Source: Candidatus Helarchaeota archaeon (GTDB lineage Archaea > Asgardarchaeota > Lokiarchaeia > Helarchaeales > RDOG01). From it: a stretch of DNA of 64,000 nt. Location: the NCBI GenBank assembly GCA_019058315.1, contig JAHPZH010000007.1, positions 1 through 64,000 on the forward strand, read 5' to 3'. Under the pieces are notes generated by a model. It searched no databases, was not told the DNA's origin, and saw only the letters and a list, made by a program, of their open reading frames with translations. Within the stretch, counting starts at the first letter, position 1. The number at the start of each line of letters is the position of its first letter. The position numbers and the translations under genes were made by a program. Of the stretch, positions 21,001 to 30,991 are shown piece by piece.

Positions 21001-24000
21001 ATGTCTAAAGAATTAAATTTACCAAAAGATTGGTTTGAAAAATATTTAGAGGATTCTGAATTTAAAGAAAATCTTTCTAAACTTGGAGAATTTGAATACT
21101 ACGATGAAGATTTAGAAGAGCCAATAATTTTTAAATATTGGACAGATACACGTTGGAAAATCTCTGAAATTAAGGGCGAAGGGGATTTTGTTCCTCCTAT
21201 CGCAAAATATATTATATCTCCTGCCTTTTGGAATGACGAAGAGATAGAAGCTAGATTTGCTTTACGGTGTGCCCCTAACTTTCATTTGCAAATTTACGTA
21301 AAAAAGGATAACAAAGAACATATTCTTAGTGGTATTTTTTGTTTCAAAATCTTAGCAGATTATGGTAAAGATGAAGGACTTATTGGATATCGGAAAATTG
21401 AATTATCTCCAAAGGATGAATTAATCGCTACTATACAAAATTTAGATCATTTTTTCACTGAAAAGACTCCTGCATATATGAGTTTTGACTATAATATAGT
21501 ATATTTAGCTTTAAAAACGATAATCGATCATGGTTTGGCTTCAAATAAATTACTAGAATACAGACGTGACGAAATTAAAGATATTATATTAAAAATAATA
21601 GAAGATAGTAAAGAAATTCATGGAATTAATCAGCAAATTTACATCCAATTAAAAGCTCTTTTTGATTTTGAACCTGATGAATGGGTTAAGAGTTTAATAG
21701 GTAAGCTCGATTTATTGCAATACTTAAAAAAGATGTATGAAATAGAGGAAGAAAATACAAAAAGACGTGCAGCAAACTCAATAGAAAAAATAGAAGACAC
21801 GAGGGCAATAAAGCCCTTATTTAATATTTGGAAAGATAAGGAGTCAGAACTTCGATGGTCTGCTGCAGTTGCTCTCGGAAAAATGAATGACTCAAGAGTT
21901 TTAAAATCATTAACTGAGGAATTAAGAAATATTGATAGTAATATTAGATGGAGGGCTATAATTGCTCTTGGAGAAATTGGTTATAAAAAAGCATTGGAAC
22001 CACTTATTGAAATATTGAATAACAAGACGGATAAATATCGAAGATTTGCAGCAATGGCTTTAGGTAAATTTAGGGATAAAAGGGTAATAGAACCACTTAT
22101 ACAAGCTTTGGATGATCAAGATATTCAATATGAAGTTATAGTTGGACTCACTAATCTTGGAAAATTAGCTTTGGATTCCTTAATATCCGCTTTAAAAAAT
22201 GAAAAAAAGATTGTTAAACAAGGTGCTATTAGAGCTCTGGGTAAGATTAAAGCTTCAGAGGCGGTAGATCCTTTAATTCAAACCTTAAAAGATGAAGATA
22301 GTCATATTAGACGTCTAGTCTTAGAAGCACTTAGAGAAATTAAGGATAAAAAGGCATTGGATATAATAATTGCTACTTTAAATGATTCTGATGGGTATGT
22401 TAGACATGAAGCAACAAAAGTTCTGAGAGAAATGCCCGATGAAATAGCTATTCCTTCACTCATGCAGGCGCTTAATGATAAAGAAAGTCTAGTTCGAAGT
22501 CAAGCAAAATATGCTCTTGTTAAGATCGGAGAACCTGCTGTTGAACCTTTAATCAATGCGATTAATGATGCTAGTATAATGGATCGTGACGAAATTGTAG
22601 AAGCCCTTGGCGATCTCAAGGATAAAAGAGCAGTGGAGCCTCTAATTAAGGCTTTTAATCATGAAAGTAAATTTTTTAGGAATACAATTATAAGCGCTCT
22701 TGGAAAAATTGGAGATATAAGAGCCCAGGAAACCTTACTTAAAGCTTTGAGAGATGAATATGACAGATGTAGGAGCTCAGCAGCTTATGCTCTATATCGA
22801 ATGAACTTGGAACCTAAAAAAGATATTGATAAAGTATATTACTATTTCACTAGAAACGAACGTGAAAAATTAGTTGCTTTAGGGGAAGTAGCAATTGAGC
22901 CTCTTCTTCAATTATTAAATGATGAGAATAACGATGTTAAAAAACATGCAGAAGAAGTTCTCAAAGAAATGGGTTGGAAACCTAAAAATGATATCGAGAA
23001 AGCTTATGAATTAATTGCAACCCAAAATTGGCGTGAATTAAGAGAATTAGGAGAACCTGCCATAATTCCACTTTTTCAAAATAAAGATTATAAGATATCT
23101 GAAAATGTCTGGGATACTTTAAAAAGAATTGCTAAATCACATGTAGAACCATTTATAGAAATAATTAAAGATAAAAAAAACGAATACCGAGAAAAAGCAA
23201 TAGGGGTGTTAGGAGCGAGTAAATCTAATGAGGCAGTAAAATATCTTCTTCCAGATCTAGATGATGAGAATTTTGTAGTTCGAAAGGATGCTATACGGGC
23301 TTTGGGGAGTATTGGCGATATTGAAGCAGTTGAACCTATAATTCAAGCATTAGATGATAAAATAGAAACTGTAAGGACACAAGCTATTATTGCTTTGGGA
23401 AATTTACAAGATAAAAGAGCAATAGAACCGCTAATTAAATTTGTCGAAAGCCAAAGTCATTATGAGCGAAAATATGCTCTAGAAGCCCTCAATAAATTGG
23501 GTTGGAAACCGGAAAGTGTCAGTGAAAAAGTCAAAAGATTATTTAATCAAAAAAAATGGTTTAATCAAAAAAATTGGGATGAAATAATAAAATTTGGAGA
23601 ATCCGCTATAGAACCTCTAATTGAGATTATGACAACGGTTTGGTCATGGGTAGACCAACAAGATGCTATAAGATGTCTTGGAAAAATTGGTAGCAAAAAA
23701 GCAGTTGAGCCTCTTGTAAATTTTATAGAGGATAAGAAAAAGGAAAAATATGCTAGACACGAAGCTATCAGGGCACTTGGACTCATTAATGACGAAACTA
23801 CAGTTGATCTTCTCATATCTATTATGAATGATGATGAGGAAGATGATTATTATACTAGAAGTGCTGCTATATGGGCACTTGGAGAAATTGGAATTCCAAA
23901 ACCTGTCTCTGGTCTTATCAAATTAACAAAAAATGAGAATAAATATATTAAAAGAAATGTATTAAGAACTCTTGGCAAAATTGGTGATAAAAGAGCTGTT

Positions 24001-27000
24001 CCATATCTCATAGATGCCTTAGAAGATTTTGAAGATAAAAGAGACGATAGAAATTACAATAAGGAATATTATGATGAATATATGTACGAAAAACTCCGAC
24101 AATGGAATTCTCAAGATCAAAATTGGGATGACACCATGGGTGATTGGACGGTACGACATTTAGCTGCATGGGCACTTGGAAAAATTGGAGCTATCCAGGC
24201 TTTAGATAAATTAATTGAACTTTTAAATGATGAAGACGAAGATATCAGAATAATCAGTGCATGGGCACTTGGAAGAATAGGGAATGCAAAAGCCGTTAAA
24301 CCTCTTAAAAAAGCTCTAGATGACGAATTTTCGTTTGTTAGAAAAAAAGCTATGGATGCTTTAACCGAAATTGGAGAATTTGAAGATATAGACACAATTA
24401 TTAAAAAGTTAAAAGATAAGAATAAATCTGCTAGAATGGCTGCAGTAGGAGCTCTTGGTAAAATAGGGAGTTCAAGAGCCGCTGAAGTGCTTATTCAAGC
24501 TTTAAAAGACGAATTTGAATTTCTTCGTGAAGAATATACATATCAGTATGAAGATATGGGGAAAAAAATTGAAGAATTCGAAGAATCTTCATATGATGAG
24601 CATATTTGGCATTATACTGATAAAATTCTTTCTCCAATATCTAATGCGCTTGGAAAAATTGGTAAACCAGCAGTTGAACCTCTTATTAAAGCTTTAAAAG
24701 GTGAAAATGACAACGCACAATGGGGAATAGTTGATGCATTAGGCATAATTGGGGATCCAAGTGCTATTGAACCTCTTATTAATTCTTTTATCGAAGGTTG
24801 GGAGTGGATTGAAGATATTACTATTGAGGCTCTTGCAAAATTTGGTGATAAAGCAGTAGATCCCCTCATTAAAGCACTCAAAAATCAAAACTCTAATATT
24901 AGAGCAGGAGTTGCAAGAGTACTTGGTATGATTGGTAATGAAAAAGCAGTAGATTCGTTATTACAAGTTTTGGAAGATGAAAATCGTGGAGTTAGAGAAG
25001 CAGCAGTTAGGGCTCTTGGAAAGATCGGGGATGAAAAAATAGTTAAACCACTATTAAAAGCGTTAAGAGACGATTATGAGGTTAGTTGGAACGCGGCAGA
25101 GGCGCTAAGTTTACTTGGAAAAAAATCTATAGACCTATTAATTCAAGAACTTAAAACTCAAAATAATAGAGTCAAGGAAAAAATAATTTTTGTTCTTGGA
25201 AAGATAAAAGACCCAAGGGTAGTTGATATTCTTATAGAACTTTTAAATGATAAAAATAAAGATATACGTAATCAAGCAGCAAGAGCACTAGGAGCTATTG
25301 GAAATAAAAGAGCAACAGAACCATTAATTGAAGCTCTTAAAAATGAGGATAAAAAATTTAGGGACGAAATAATTTTTGCTCTTGGAGAATTAAAAGATAA
25401 GAGAGCTATAGAGCCATTAATTAAGATACTTCAGGAGAAAAATAGTTGGATTAGGGAGAAAGCCGAAGCAGCTCTAAAAAAAATCGGAGGTAAAAAGATA
25501 GTCAAATTAAATATTGAAGTGTTGAAAAATAAGGATGAAGATATAAAGAAATCAGCAATGAATGTCTTGAGTAGTATTGGTAAATTCGATATTGATTCTC
25601 TTCTTGTCGCGTTAAAAAATGAAAATAGTGATCTGAGAATAGGTGCTGCTAATGCATTAGGAAATATATTACGAAAAAAGGTATTAGATAATGATGATTA
25701 TATAAAACGAGCATTAATTTCAACTTTAAGAGATCCTGACTATAAAGTGCGAAAAGCTGTAGCAAGCGCTCTTTTTAATAATTACCATTTTGGAATGGGT
25801 CAAGAGGATATATATGCACAATTTTTAGTGGCACAAACAAGTTTCCAAAGTTTAGAAAGGTATGGAGAATCTGCAATAGATGCGTTAGTTCCAATTTTAA
25901 GTGATAAAGAATTCTGGTTAAGAGAAAGAGCAGCAGAGACTCTCGATAAACTAAATTGGAACCCAAGAAAGGATCAAGATAAAGTGAATTATTATATCGC
26001 CAAGAAACAATGGAATAAGTTAATAAATTTAGGTAAAACTGCAATAAATACCTTAGTTGAAATATTAATTTACGGACCTCCTTTCTTACGAAGTGAAGTT
26101 GTGAAAATTCTTCAAAAACTCGATTGGAATCCTAAAAATGATTTAGAAAATGCATGGTATTTAATTGTAGAAAGAGATTGGCAAAATTTAGAAAATTTAG
26201 GGGAAAAGGCACTTGGCCCATTATTAGATGCCTTAAAATATGAAGATAGAAAAATCTCAAGGAAAATTATTGAGTTAATTTCTAAAATTGGAGATAAAGC
26301 AGTAGAACCTCTTATTAATATGTTACAATTTGAGAAAAGAGACGTTAAAAACAAAGTTGCGAGAGTTTTGGGGAAAATTGGAAATACTAAAGCCGTAACT
26401 CCTCTCCTCGAATTTGTAAAAGACGATCGGGGCATAATTGAGGGTGATGTCGTGTGGGCTCTTGGCGAGATAGGTGATAATAGCACAATAAACCTATTAA
26501 AGCAGTTATTAGGCGAATCAGATAAAATAACTAGGATATTAATTAATGAAGCTCTCCAAAAATTTGGTGAATCTCCTTTAAATTCTTATACATTATCCTT
26601 AAAAAATGAGGATCCTGCAGTTAGAGTTGATACTATATCACAACTTGTAGGAATTGGTACAAGCGAAGCAATCGAACTTGTAGTTAATACAATGCTTGAT
26701 GAAAAGAAAATCGTACGCGAAACGGCAAGTAAAGCTCTCGATGGAATAGGTTGGGCTCCAAAAAATGATCTAGAAAAAGCTTATTATAACATCGCTAAGG
26801 AAAATTGGTATAAATTAATTAATATGGGGGTAAAAGCTGTAAGACCATTACTTCACTTTTTAAAAAATAAAAATGAAAAATTTAGAGGTGAAATCGAAGC
26901 TAATTTAATAGAAATAGGAAATAAAACAAGTTACCCTTTTGTTCAAGCACTAAATGATAAAGATAAATTTATTCAAGCTGAAGCTGCAAGAATACTTGGA

Positions 27001-28632
27001 ATAATAGGGGATACTAAATCTGTAGAACCTTTAATTGCTTTGTTAAATAATGAAGATAAATATATTTTATGGTACACTATCGAAACTCTTGGAAATTTAG
27101 GTGATCCAAAGGCAGTTGAACCTCTAATTAAAATATTAAATAGTAAAATACCAGGAGTCAATTTTAGATCTGCAGCTTCACTAGGTAAGATAGGTGATAT
27201 TAGAGCAATGGAGCCGCTTATACAAGCTCTAAAGGATGCAGAAGAGTATGCTAAAAAGTATTTTTACGAAGCACTTAATAAATTAGGAAAATTAAATTTG
27301 AATTATTTTATTCAAGCCTTAAATGACGATAATAAAGATATTAGATTGAATTCGGTAAGCATTCTAGGTAATTCAAAAAGTGAAACAGTAGTTGAACCAC
27401 TTATTAAATTATTAAATGATAAGGACAGTGATATTAGAGCTTCGGCAATAGGAGCATTAGGCGAAATTGGTAATAAAAAAGCTATTGAACCAATTAGGAA
27501 TATGTTGAATGATGAAAATTATCGAGTTATTAGAGAAGCAATGAGAGTACTTGGTGACTTTAAAGATGCAAAATCCGTTGATGCAATAATTAATATTATG
27601 GAAGATAAGTATAAATATGTTAAATTTAATACAGAATTGGCTCTTTCAAAAATAGGGGAACCAGCAGTAGATCCTCTTATAAAAAACTTAAAAAATAAAA
27701 ACACACGTATTCGAGAAGCTTCAGCTATAGCACTTGGATATATTAAAGATGAAAAAGCACTAGAACCTCTTATTGAAGCTTTAAAGGACGAAGATGCTAA
27801 TGTAAAGTGGCGTGCAAGAGAAGCTTTGAAAGCTCTTGGGGATGAGAGAGCAGTAATACCCCTTATTCAAATTTTTAAAGAAGAAAAGAATAGTCATAGT
27901 GCATCAGGTATAGTAAAACTTATTGGTAACTTTAAAACTGAAGAATCATTCGAATTTTTAATAAAATGTCTTAAAGGAGAATATGGAGATTTCGAATTTC
28001 CTGCTATTGAAGCGCTTAGTTTATTGGGAGATTCCAGAGCAGTAATGGATCTTATTTCAAAATTGAATCATTCAAAATATTGGGTTCGTAGGGAAGTTGT
28101 AAAATTACTTGGAAAAATTGGAGATAAAAGGGTAGTGCAAATTCTTATCGATAAAATTAAGAATGAACATTATGAAGTAAGAAGTGCCATAGTAGATGCA
28201 CTTGCTAGTATTGGAAAACCTGCAGTAGAGCCCTTAATTCAAGAGTTAACAGATAGTGATTACCGGGTACGATTAAGAACAATTTCCATTCTTGGTAGGA
28301 TTGGAGATAAAAGTGCAATTGAACCAATAGTTCAATGCTTAAAAGACGACGAATTGAGTGTTAGAAGGGAGGCAATAATCGCCCTAGGTAAAATAGGAGA
28401 TAAACGAACTATTGAAATAATCGTTCAACAGTTAAAAGATAAGGAAAAAAGAATTAAAGAATCAGCTGTAGAAGCACTTGGTGAAATCGGTGATTTAACA
28501 GCCCTTAATCCCTTGAATGAAATGCTAAAAATAGAAAAAGATTATACCATTAGAAAAGCTTTAAGGGAAGCTATTAAAAAAATAAAAAATAATAAAAAAG
28601 TTGATTCAGAACCGGGAAATACTAATATCTAA
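21001..28632 (+). CDS. Giant HEAT (PBS lyase-like) repeat protein, 2543 aa
   Basis: Dozens of VRxxAxxALGKIGDxRAVEPLIxAL repeats after a ~240-aa non-repeat N-terminus. Confidence 0.92.
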   Translation: MSKELNLPKDWFEKYLEDSEFKENLSKLGEFEYYDEDLEEPIIFKYWTDTRWKISEIKGEGDFVPPIAKYIISPAFWNDEEIEARFALRCAPNFHLQIYVKKDNKEHILSGIFCFKILADYGKDEGLIGYRKIELSPKDELIATIQNLDHFFTEKTPAYMSFDYNIVYLALKTIIDHGLASNKLLEYRRDEIKDIILKIIEDSKEIHGINQQIYIQLKALFDFEPDEWVKSLIGKLDLLQYLKKMYEIEEENTKRRAANSIEKIEDTRAIKPLFNIWKDKESELRWSAAVALGKMNDSRVLKSLTEELRNIDSNIRWRAIIALGEIGYKKALEPLIEILNNKTDKYRRFAAMALGKFRDKRVIEPLIQALDDQDIQYEVIVGLTNLGKLALDSLISALKNEKKIVKQGAIRALGKIKASEAVDPLIQTLKDEDSHIRRLVLEALREIKDKKALDIIIATLNDSDGYVRHEATKVLREMPDEIAIPSLMQALNDKESLVRSQAKYALVKIGEPAVEPLINAINDASIMDRDEIVEALGDLKDKRAVEPLIKAFNHESKFFRNTIISALGKIGDIRAQETLLKALRDEYDRCRSSAAYALYRMNLEPKKDIDKVYYYFTRNEREKLVALGEVAIEPLLQLLNDENNDVKKHAEEVLKEMGWKPKNDIEKAYELIATQNWRELRELGEPAIIPLFQNKDYKISENVWDTLKRIAKSHVEPFIEIIKDKKNEYREKAIGVLGASKSNEAVKYLLPDLDDENFVVRKDAIRALGSIGDIEAVEPIIQALDDKIETVRTQAIIALGNLQDKRAIEPLIKFVESQSHYERKYALEALNKLGWKPESVSEKVKRLFNQKKWFNQKNWDEIIKFGESAIEPLIEIMTTVWSWVDQQDAIRCLGKIGSKKAVEPLVNFIEDKKKEKYARHEAIRALGLINDETTVDLLISIMNDDEEDDYYTRSAAIWALGEIGIPKPVSGLIKLTKNENKYIKRNVLRTLGKIGDKRAVPYLIDALEDFEDKRDDRNYNKEYYDEYMYEKLRQWNSQDQNWDDTMGDWTVRHLAAWALGKIGAIQALDKLIELLNDEDEDIRIISAWALGRIGNAKAVKPLKKALDDEFSFVRKKAMDALTEIGEFEDIDTIIKKLKDKNKSARMAAVGALGKIGSSRAAEVLIQALKDEFEFLREEYTYQYEDMGKKIEEFEESSYDEHIWHYTDKILSPISNALGKIGKPAVEPLIKALKGENDNAQWGIVDALGIIGDPSAIEPLINSFIEGWEWIEDITIEALAKFGDKAVDPLIKALKNQNSNIRAGVARVLGMIGNEKAVDSLLQVLEDENRGVREAAVRALGKIGDEKIVKPLLKALRDDYEVSWNAAEALSLLGKKSIDLLIQELKTQNNRVKEKIIFVLGKIKDPRVVDILIELLNDKNKDIRNQAARALGAIGNKRATEPLIEALKNEDKKFRDEIIFALGELKDKRAIEPLIKILQEKNSWIREKAEAALKKIGGKKIVKLNIEVLKNKDEDIKKSAMNVLSSIGKFDIDSLLVALKNENSDLRIGAANALGNILRKKVLDNDDYIKRALISTLRDPDYKVRKAVASALFNNYHFGMGQEDIYAQFLVAQTSFQSLERYGESAIDALVPILSDKEFWLRERAAETLDKLNWNPRKDQDKVNYYIAKKQWNKLINLGKTAINTLVEILIYGPPFLRSEVVKILQKLDWNPKNDLENAWYLIVERDWQNLENLGEKALGPLLDALKYEDRKISRKIIELISKIGDKAVEPLINMLQFEKRDVKNKVARVLGKIGNTKAVTPLLEFVKDDRGIIEGDVVWALGEIGDNSTINLLKQLLGESDKITRILINEALQKFGESPLNSYTLSLKNEDPAVRVDTISQLVGIGTSEAIELVVNTMLDEKKIVRETASKALDGIGWAPKNDLEKAYYNIAKENWYKLINMGVKAVRPLLHFLKNKNEKFRGEIEANLIEIGNKTSYPFVQALNDKDKFIQAEAARILGIIGDTKSVEPLIALLNNEDKYILWYTIETLGNLGDPKAVEPLIKILNSKIPGVNFRSAASLGKIGDIRAMEPLIQALKDAEEYAKKYFYEALNKLGKLNLNYFIQALNDDNKDIRLNSVSILGNSKSETVVEPLIKLLNDKDSDIRASAIGALGEIGNKKAIEPIRNMLNDENYRVIREAMRVLGDFKDAKSVDAIINIMEDKYKYVKFNTELALSKIGEPAVDPLIKNLKNKNTRIREASAIALGYIKDEKALEPLIEALKDEDANVKWRAREALKALGDERAVIPLIQIFKEEKNSHSASGIVKLIGNFKTEESFEFLIKCLKGEYGDFEFPAIEALSLLGDSRAVMDLISKLNHSKYWVRREVVKLLGKIGDKRVVQILIDKIKNEHYEVRSAIVDALASIGKPAVEPLIQELTDSDYRVRLRTISILGRIGDKSAIEPIVQCLKDDELSVRREAIIALGKIGDKRTIEIIVQQLKDKEKRIKESAVEALGEIGDLTALNPLNEMLKIEKDYTIRKALREAIKKIKNNKKVDSEPGNTNI

Positions 28633-30279
28633 TTGCTGCCATAATTCCAGTTCAATTTCAGGAACCTCAATGGGAAATTCGAGATTATGCTCATCCTTTA
28701 TCGTATGTAATCCATATAATATTCCTTGCCACTGTTTATTGCTACCTCTTTCCTGTCTCTTGGTAAATTCTAAATATAGATCAAGTAGTGGTTCAAATGC
28801 TCTTTTATCACAGATATGACCAAGGGCTTGGGCGATAATTGAGCGTTCATCCCAATTACTATTTTTTAACATTTCTATTAGTGGATCAACTGCTCTTTTA
28901 TCTCCTATCCATCCAAGAGCAATTATTGCAGGTTTTCTAATATAAGAATCAGAATCTTTTAACATTTCTAAATATAAATCAAAGAATTTTTTATTAGTTA
29001 ATCTAGATAGTGCTTTTGCTGCCTTTTCTCTCACTGTCCAATTTTTATCATTCAAAGCTTGTATAAATATATTGATAATTTTTTCATTATTAATCATAAT
29101 TTGGATTGCTTCTAAAACTGCATTTTTAAATTCTACATTTTTACCCACAGCAATATCCGCCATTTCTTTCGGTTTAAGTCTTTTAAGCATGTTTTTTTTA
29201 ATTTCTAAAAGTATTGGATTTACATGCTTAAACATATTTATCAAATAACATGCCCAAGTTTCATCGTAGAGATCACCATAAATTGATTTTATGTGATCAA
29301 ACCCGATTTTAAAATTGATATGAGCAAGTCCCTCAATAATTTTTTTTCGAATCCTCCCATCTTCATCTTTAAATGCTCTTATTAATGGATCTATCGCTTT
29401 TTTATCAGCAATTTTCTTAATAGATTCTAATGCATTTAATTTAACTTCAAGATCAGGATCTTTTAAATCGTCAATTAATGGATATATAGTTTTTTCATTT
29501 TTAATATTTCCAAGAGCTGCTGCAGCAAATTTTCGAATACTAGGATCATTATTTTGTAGAGCTTTTGTTAATGGTTCGAGTGCTTTCACTCCATACAGTT
29601 TAAATACATTTTTTAATGTATAATCGTCTTTAGGATCTTTTTCTTTAAAAGCTTGGATGATTAACTCTATTGCATTTATAATTCCCATTCTTCCAGAAGA
29701 AATAGCAGCACTTATACGTACTCTCTCATTTTCATCTTTTAAAGCTTGAATAAGCAATTTCACTCCTCTTTGATCACCTATGAAACCATATAGGAGAGCG
29801 TAAAAACTTCTCACTACGTGAAATTCACTTTCAAAAGCATTGTAAATAAGGATTAGTATTTTTTCTCTTTTTTCGCTATCTAAGCCGTCTAATTTTTCCA
29901 TAAATGAATCAAGTACTCTTGAAATCCCTAACCATCCAAGAGCTTTTACAGCAACTTCTTGTACTTCCGCAACATCATGAAATAAAGCATTAATAATTGG
30001 ATGTATGGCTTGTTCATTTGCCAAATATCCTAAAACTTTTATTGTAAGTTTTCTAATATTAATATCATTATTTTCTAGGAGCTCGATTAATAATTCGACA
30101 GCCTCCTCCCCAAGCCATCTAATTTCAGTCAATGCCATTGAATTGATTCGATAATTATAATCTTCTTTGCGAATATCTTCTAGTTCATCAGTTAAAACTT
30201 TTAAAATATCAATAATGATGTTTGGAGCTTTTTCGTTAATTCCTTCAAGCACTGGTAAAAATTTTCGGTATAAAGACAT
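28606..30279 (-). CDS. HEAT repeat protein
   Basis: ALGWIGDKRAVDPLI repeats; convergent 27-bp overlap with the upstream HEAT gene. Confidence 0.9.
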   Translation of the reverse strand: MSLYRKFLPVLEGINEKAPNIIIDILKVLTDELEDIRKEDYNYRINSMALTEIRWLGEEAVELLIELLENNDINIRKLTIKVLGYLANEQAIHPIINALFHDVAEVQEVAVKALGWLGISRVLDSFMEKLDGLDSEKREKILILIYNAFESEFHVVRSFYALLYGFIGDQRGVKLLIQALKDENERVRISAAISSGRMGIINAIELIIQAFKEKDPKDDYTLKNVFKLYGVKALEPLTKALQNNDPSIRKFAAAALGNIKNEKTIYPLIDDLKDPDLEVKLNALESIKKIADKKAIDPLIRAFKDEDGRIRKKIIEGLAHINFKIGFDHIKSIYGDLYDETWACYLINMFKHVNPILLEIKKNMLKRLKPKEMADIAVGKNVEFKNAVLEAIQIMINNEKIINIFIQALNDKNWTVREKAAKALSRLTNKKFFDLYLEMLKDSDSYIRKPAIIALGWIGDKRAVDPLIEMLKNSNWDERSIIAQALGHICDKRAFEPLLDLYLEFTKRQERGSNKQWQGILYGLHTIKDEHNLEFPIEVPEIELELWQQLDISISRF

Positions 30280-30372
30280 GTTTCTTATTCCCCAATAACG
30301 ATTCTTAAATAAATTTATTCAATTTTATTTAAAAACTAATATATAATCAATAGAGAAAAATTAATTAAATAC

Positions 30373-30894
30373 TTAATCTGTGAAATATTTTTTAATTAAA
30401 TAAGATGATATATCGTATTCTTGCCCAAAAAAATTATATTTTTCATTTTCACTTTCAAAACTTCGATGTTTGTAAACTTCACTCACAATTTTATTAACAA
30501 AGTCTATGAAGAGTTCAATATCAGAATTAAGTTCCCCATTTTCCTCACGTAATTTTTTAATTTCTTCATTATTTACTCCAAATTTCTTTTTTGATAACTC
30601 ATTTTGTATTTTTAAATTATTTTCCTGTAAATTTTTCACTTTTTTCTTTAAATCCTTAATTTCATTAGTTTTGTCACTTTTATTATTAGTTTCTTTTGGA
30701 GGCATCCACCAAATCCAAGAACCGCGATTTTTAGTTTGTTTTCCTTTGATTTTTCCTTCTATTGCTAATTTATCTAACCTATTTTTAATGATATGACGTG
30801 GTTTATTAAATAATTTTACAATTTCATTTGTTGTATATGGTTTATTTGAATTTAGAAAAAGTAATAAAATATCGTTTAATATTTGATTTGACAT
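30373..30894 (-). CDS. Winged-HTH protein with coiled coil
   Basis: PYTTNEIVKLF...RLDKLAIEGKI...WIWW followed by heptad-like region. Confidence 0.75.
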   Translation of the reverse strand: MSNQILNDILLLFLNSNKPYTTNEIVKLFNKPRHIIKNRLDKLAIEGKIKGKQTKNRGSWIWWMPPKETNNKSDKTNEIKDLKKKVKNLQENNLKIQNELSKKKFGVNNEEIKKLREENGELNSDIELFIDFVNKIVSEVYKHRSFESENEKYNFFGQEYDISSYLIKKYFTD

Positions 30895-30915
30895 AATCTT
30901 AACCAGTTCATTATC

Positions 30916-30929
30916 TAGTTAATTAACTA
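30916..30929. promoter_or_regulatory. 14-bp perfect palindrome upstream of the wHTH gene
   Basis: TAGTTAATTAACTA. Confidence 0.35.
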
Positions 30930-30991
30930 AATAACTATAATATTTTTCTTAAAAAATTTTTTCCAAATCAATAATTTTATAGACCTATTTT

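Noticed and set aside
23565-27704. Multiple antisense ORFs inside the HEAT gene
   Set aside because: Shadow frames caused by repeated codon patterns (IRGSTA = antisense of AVEPLI)
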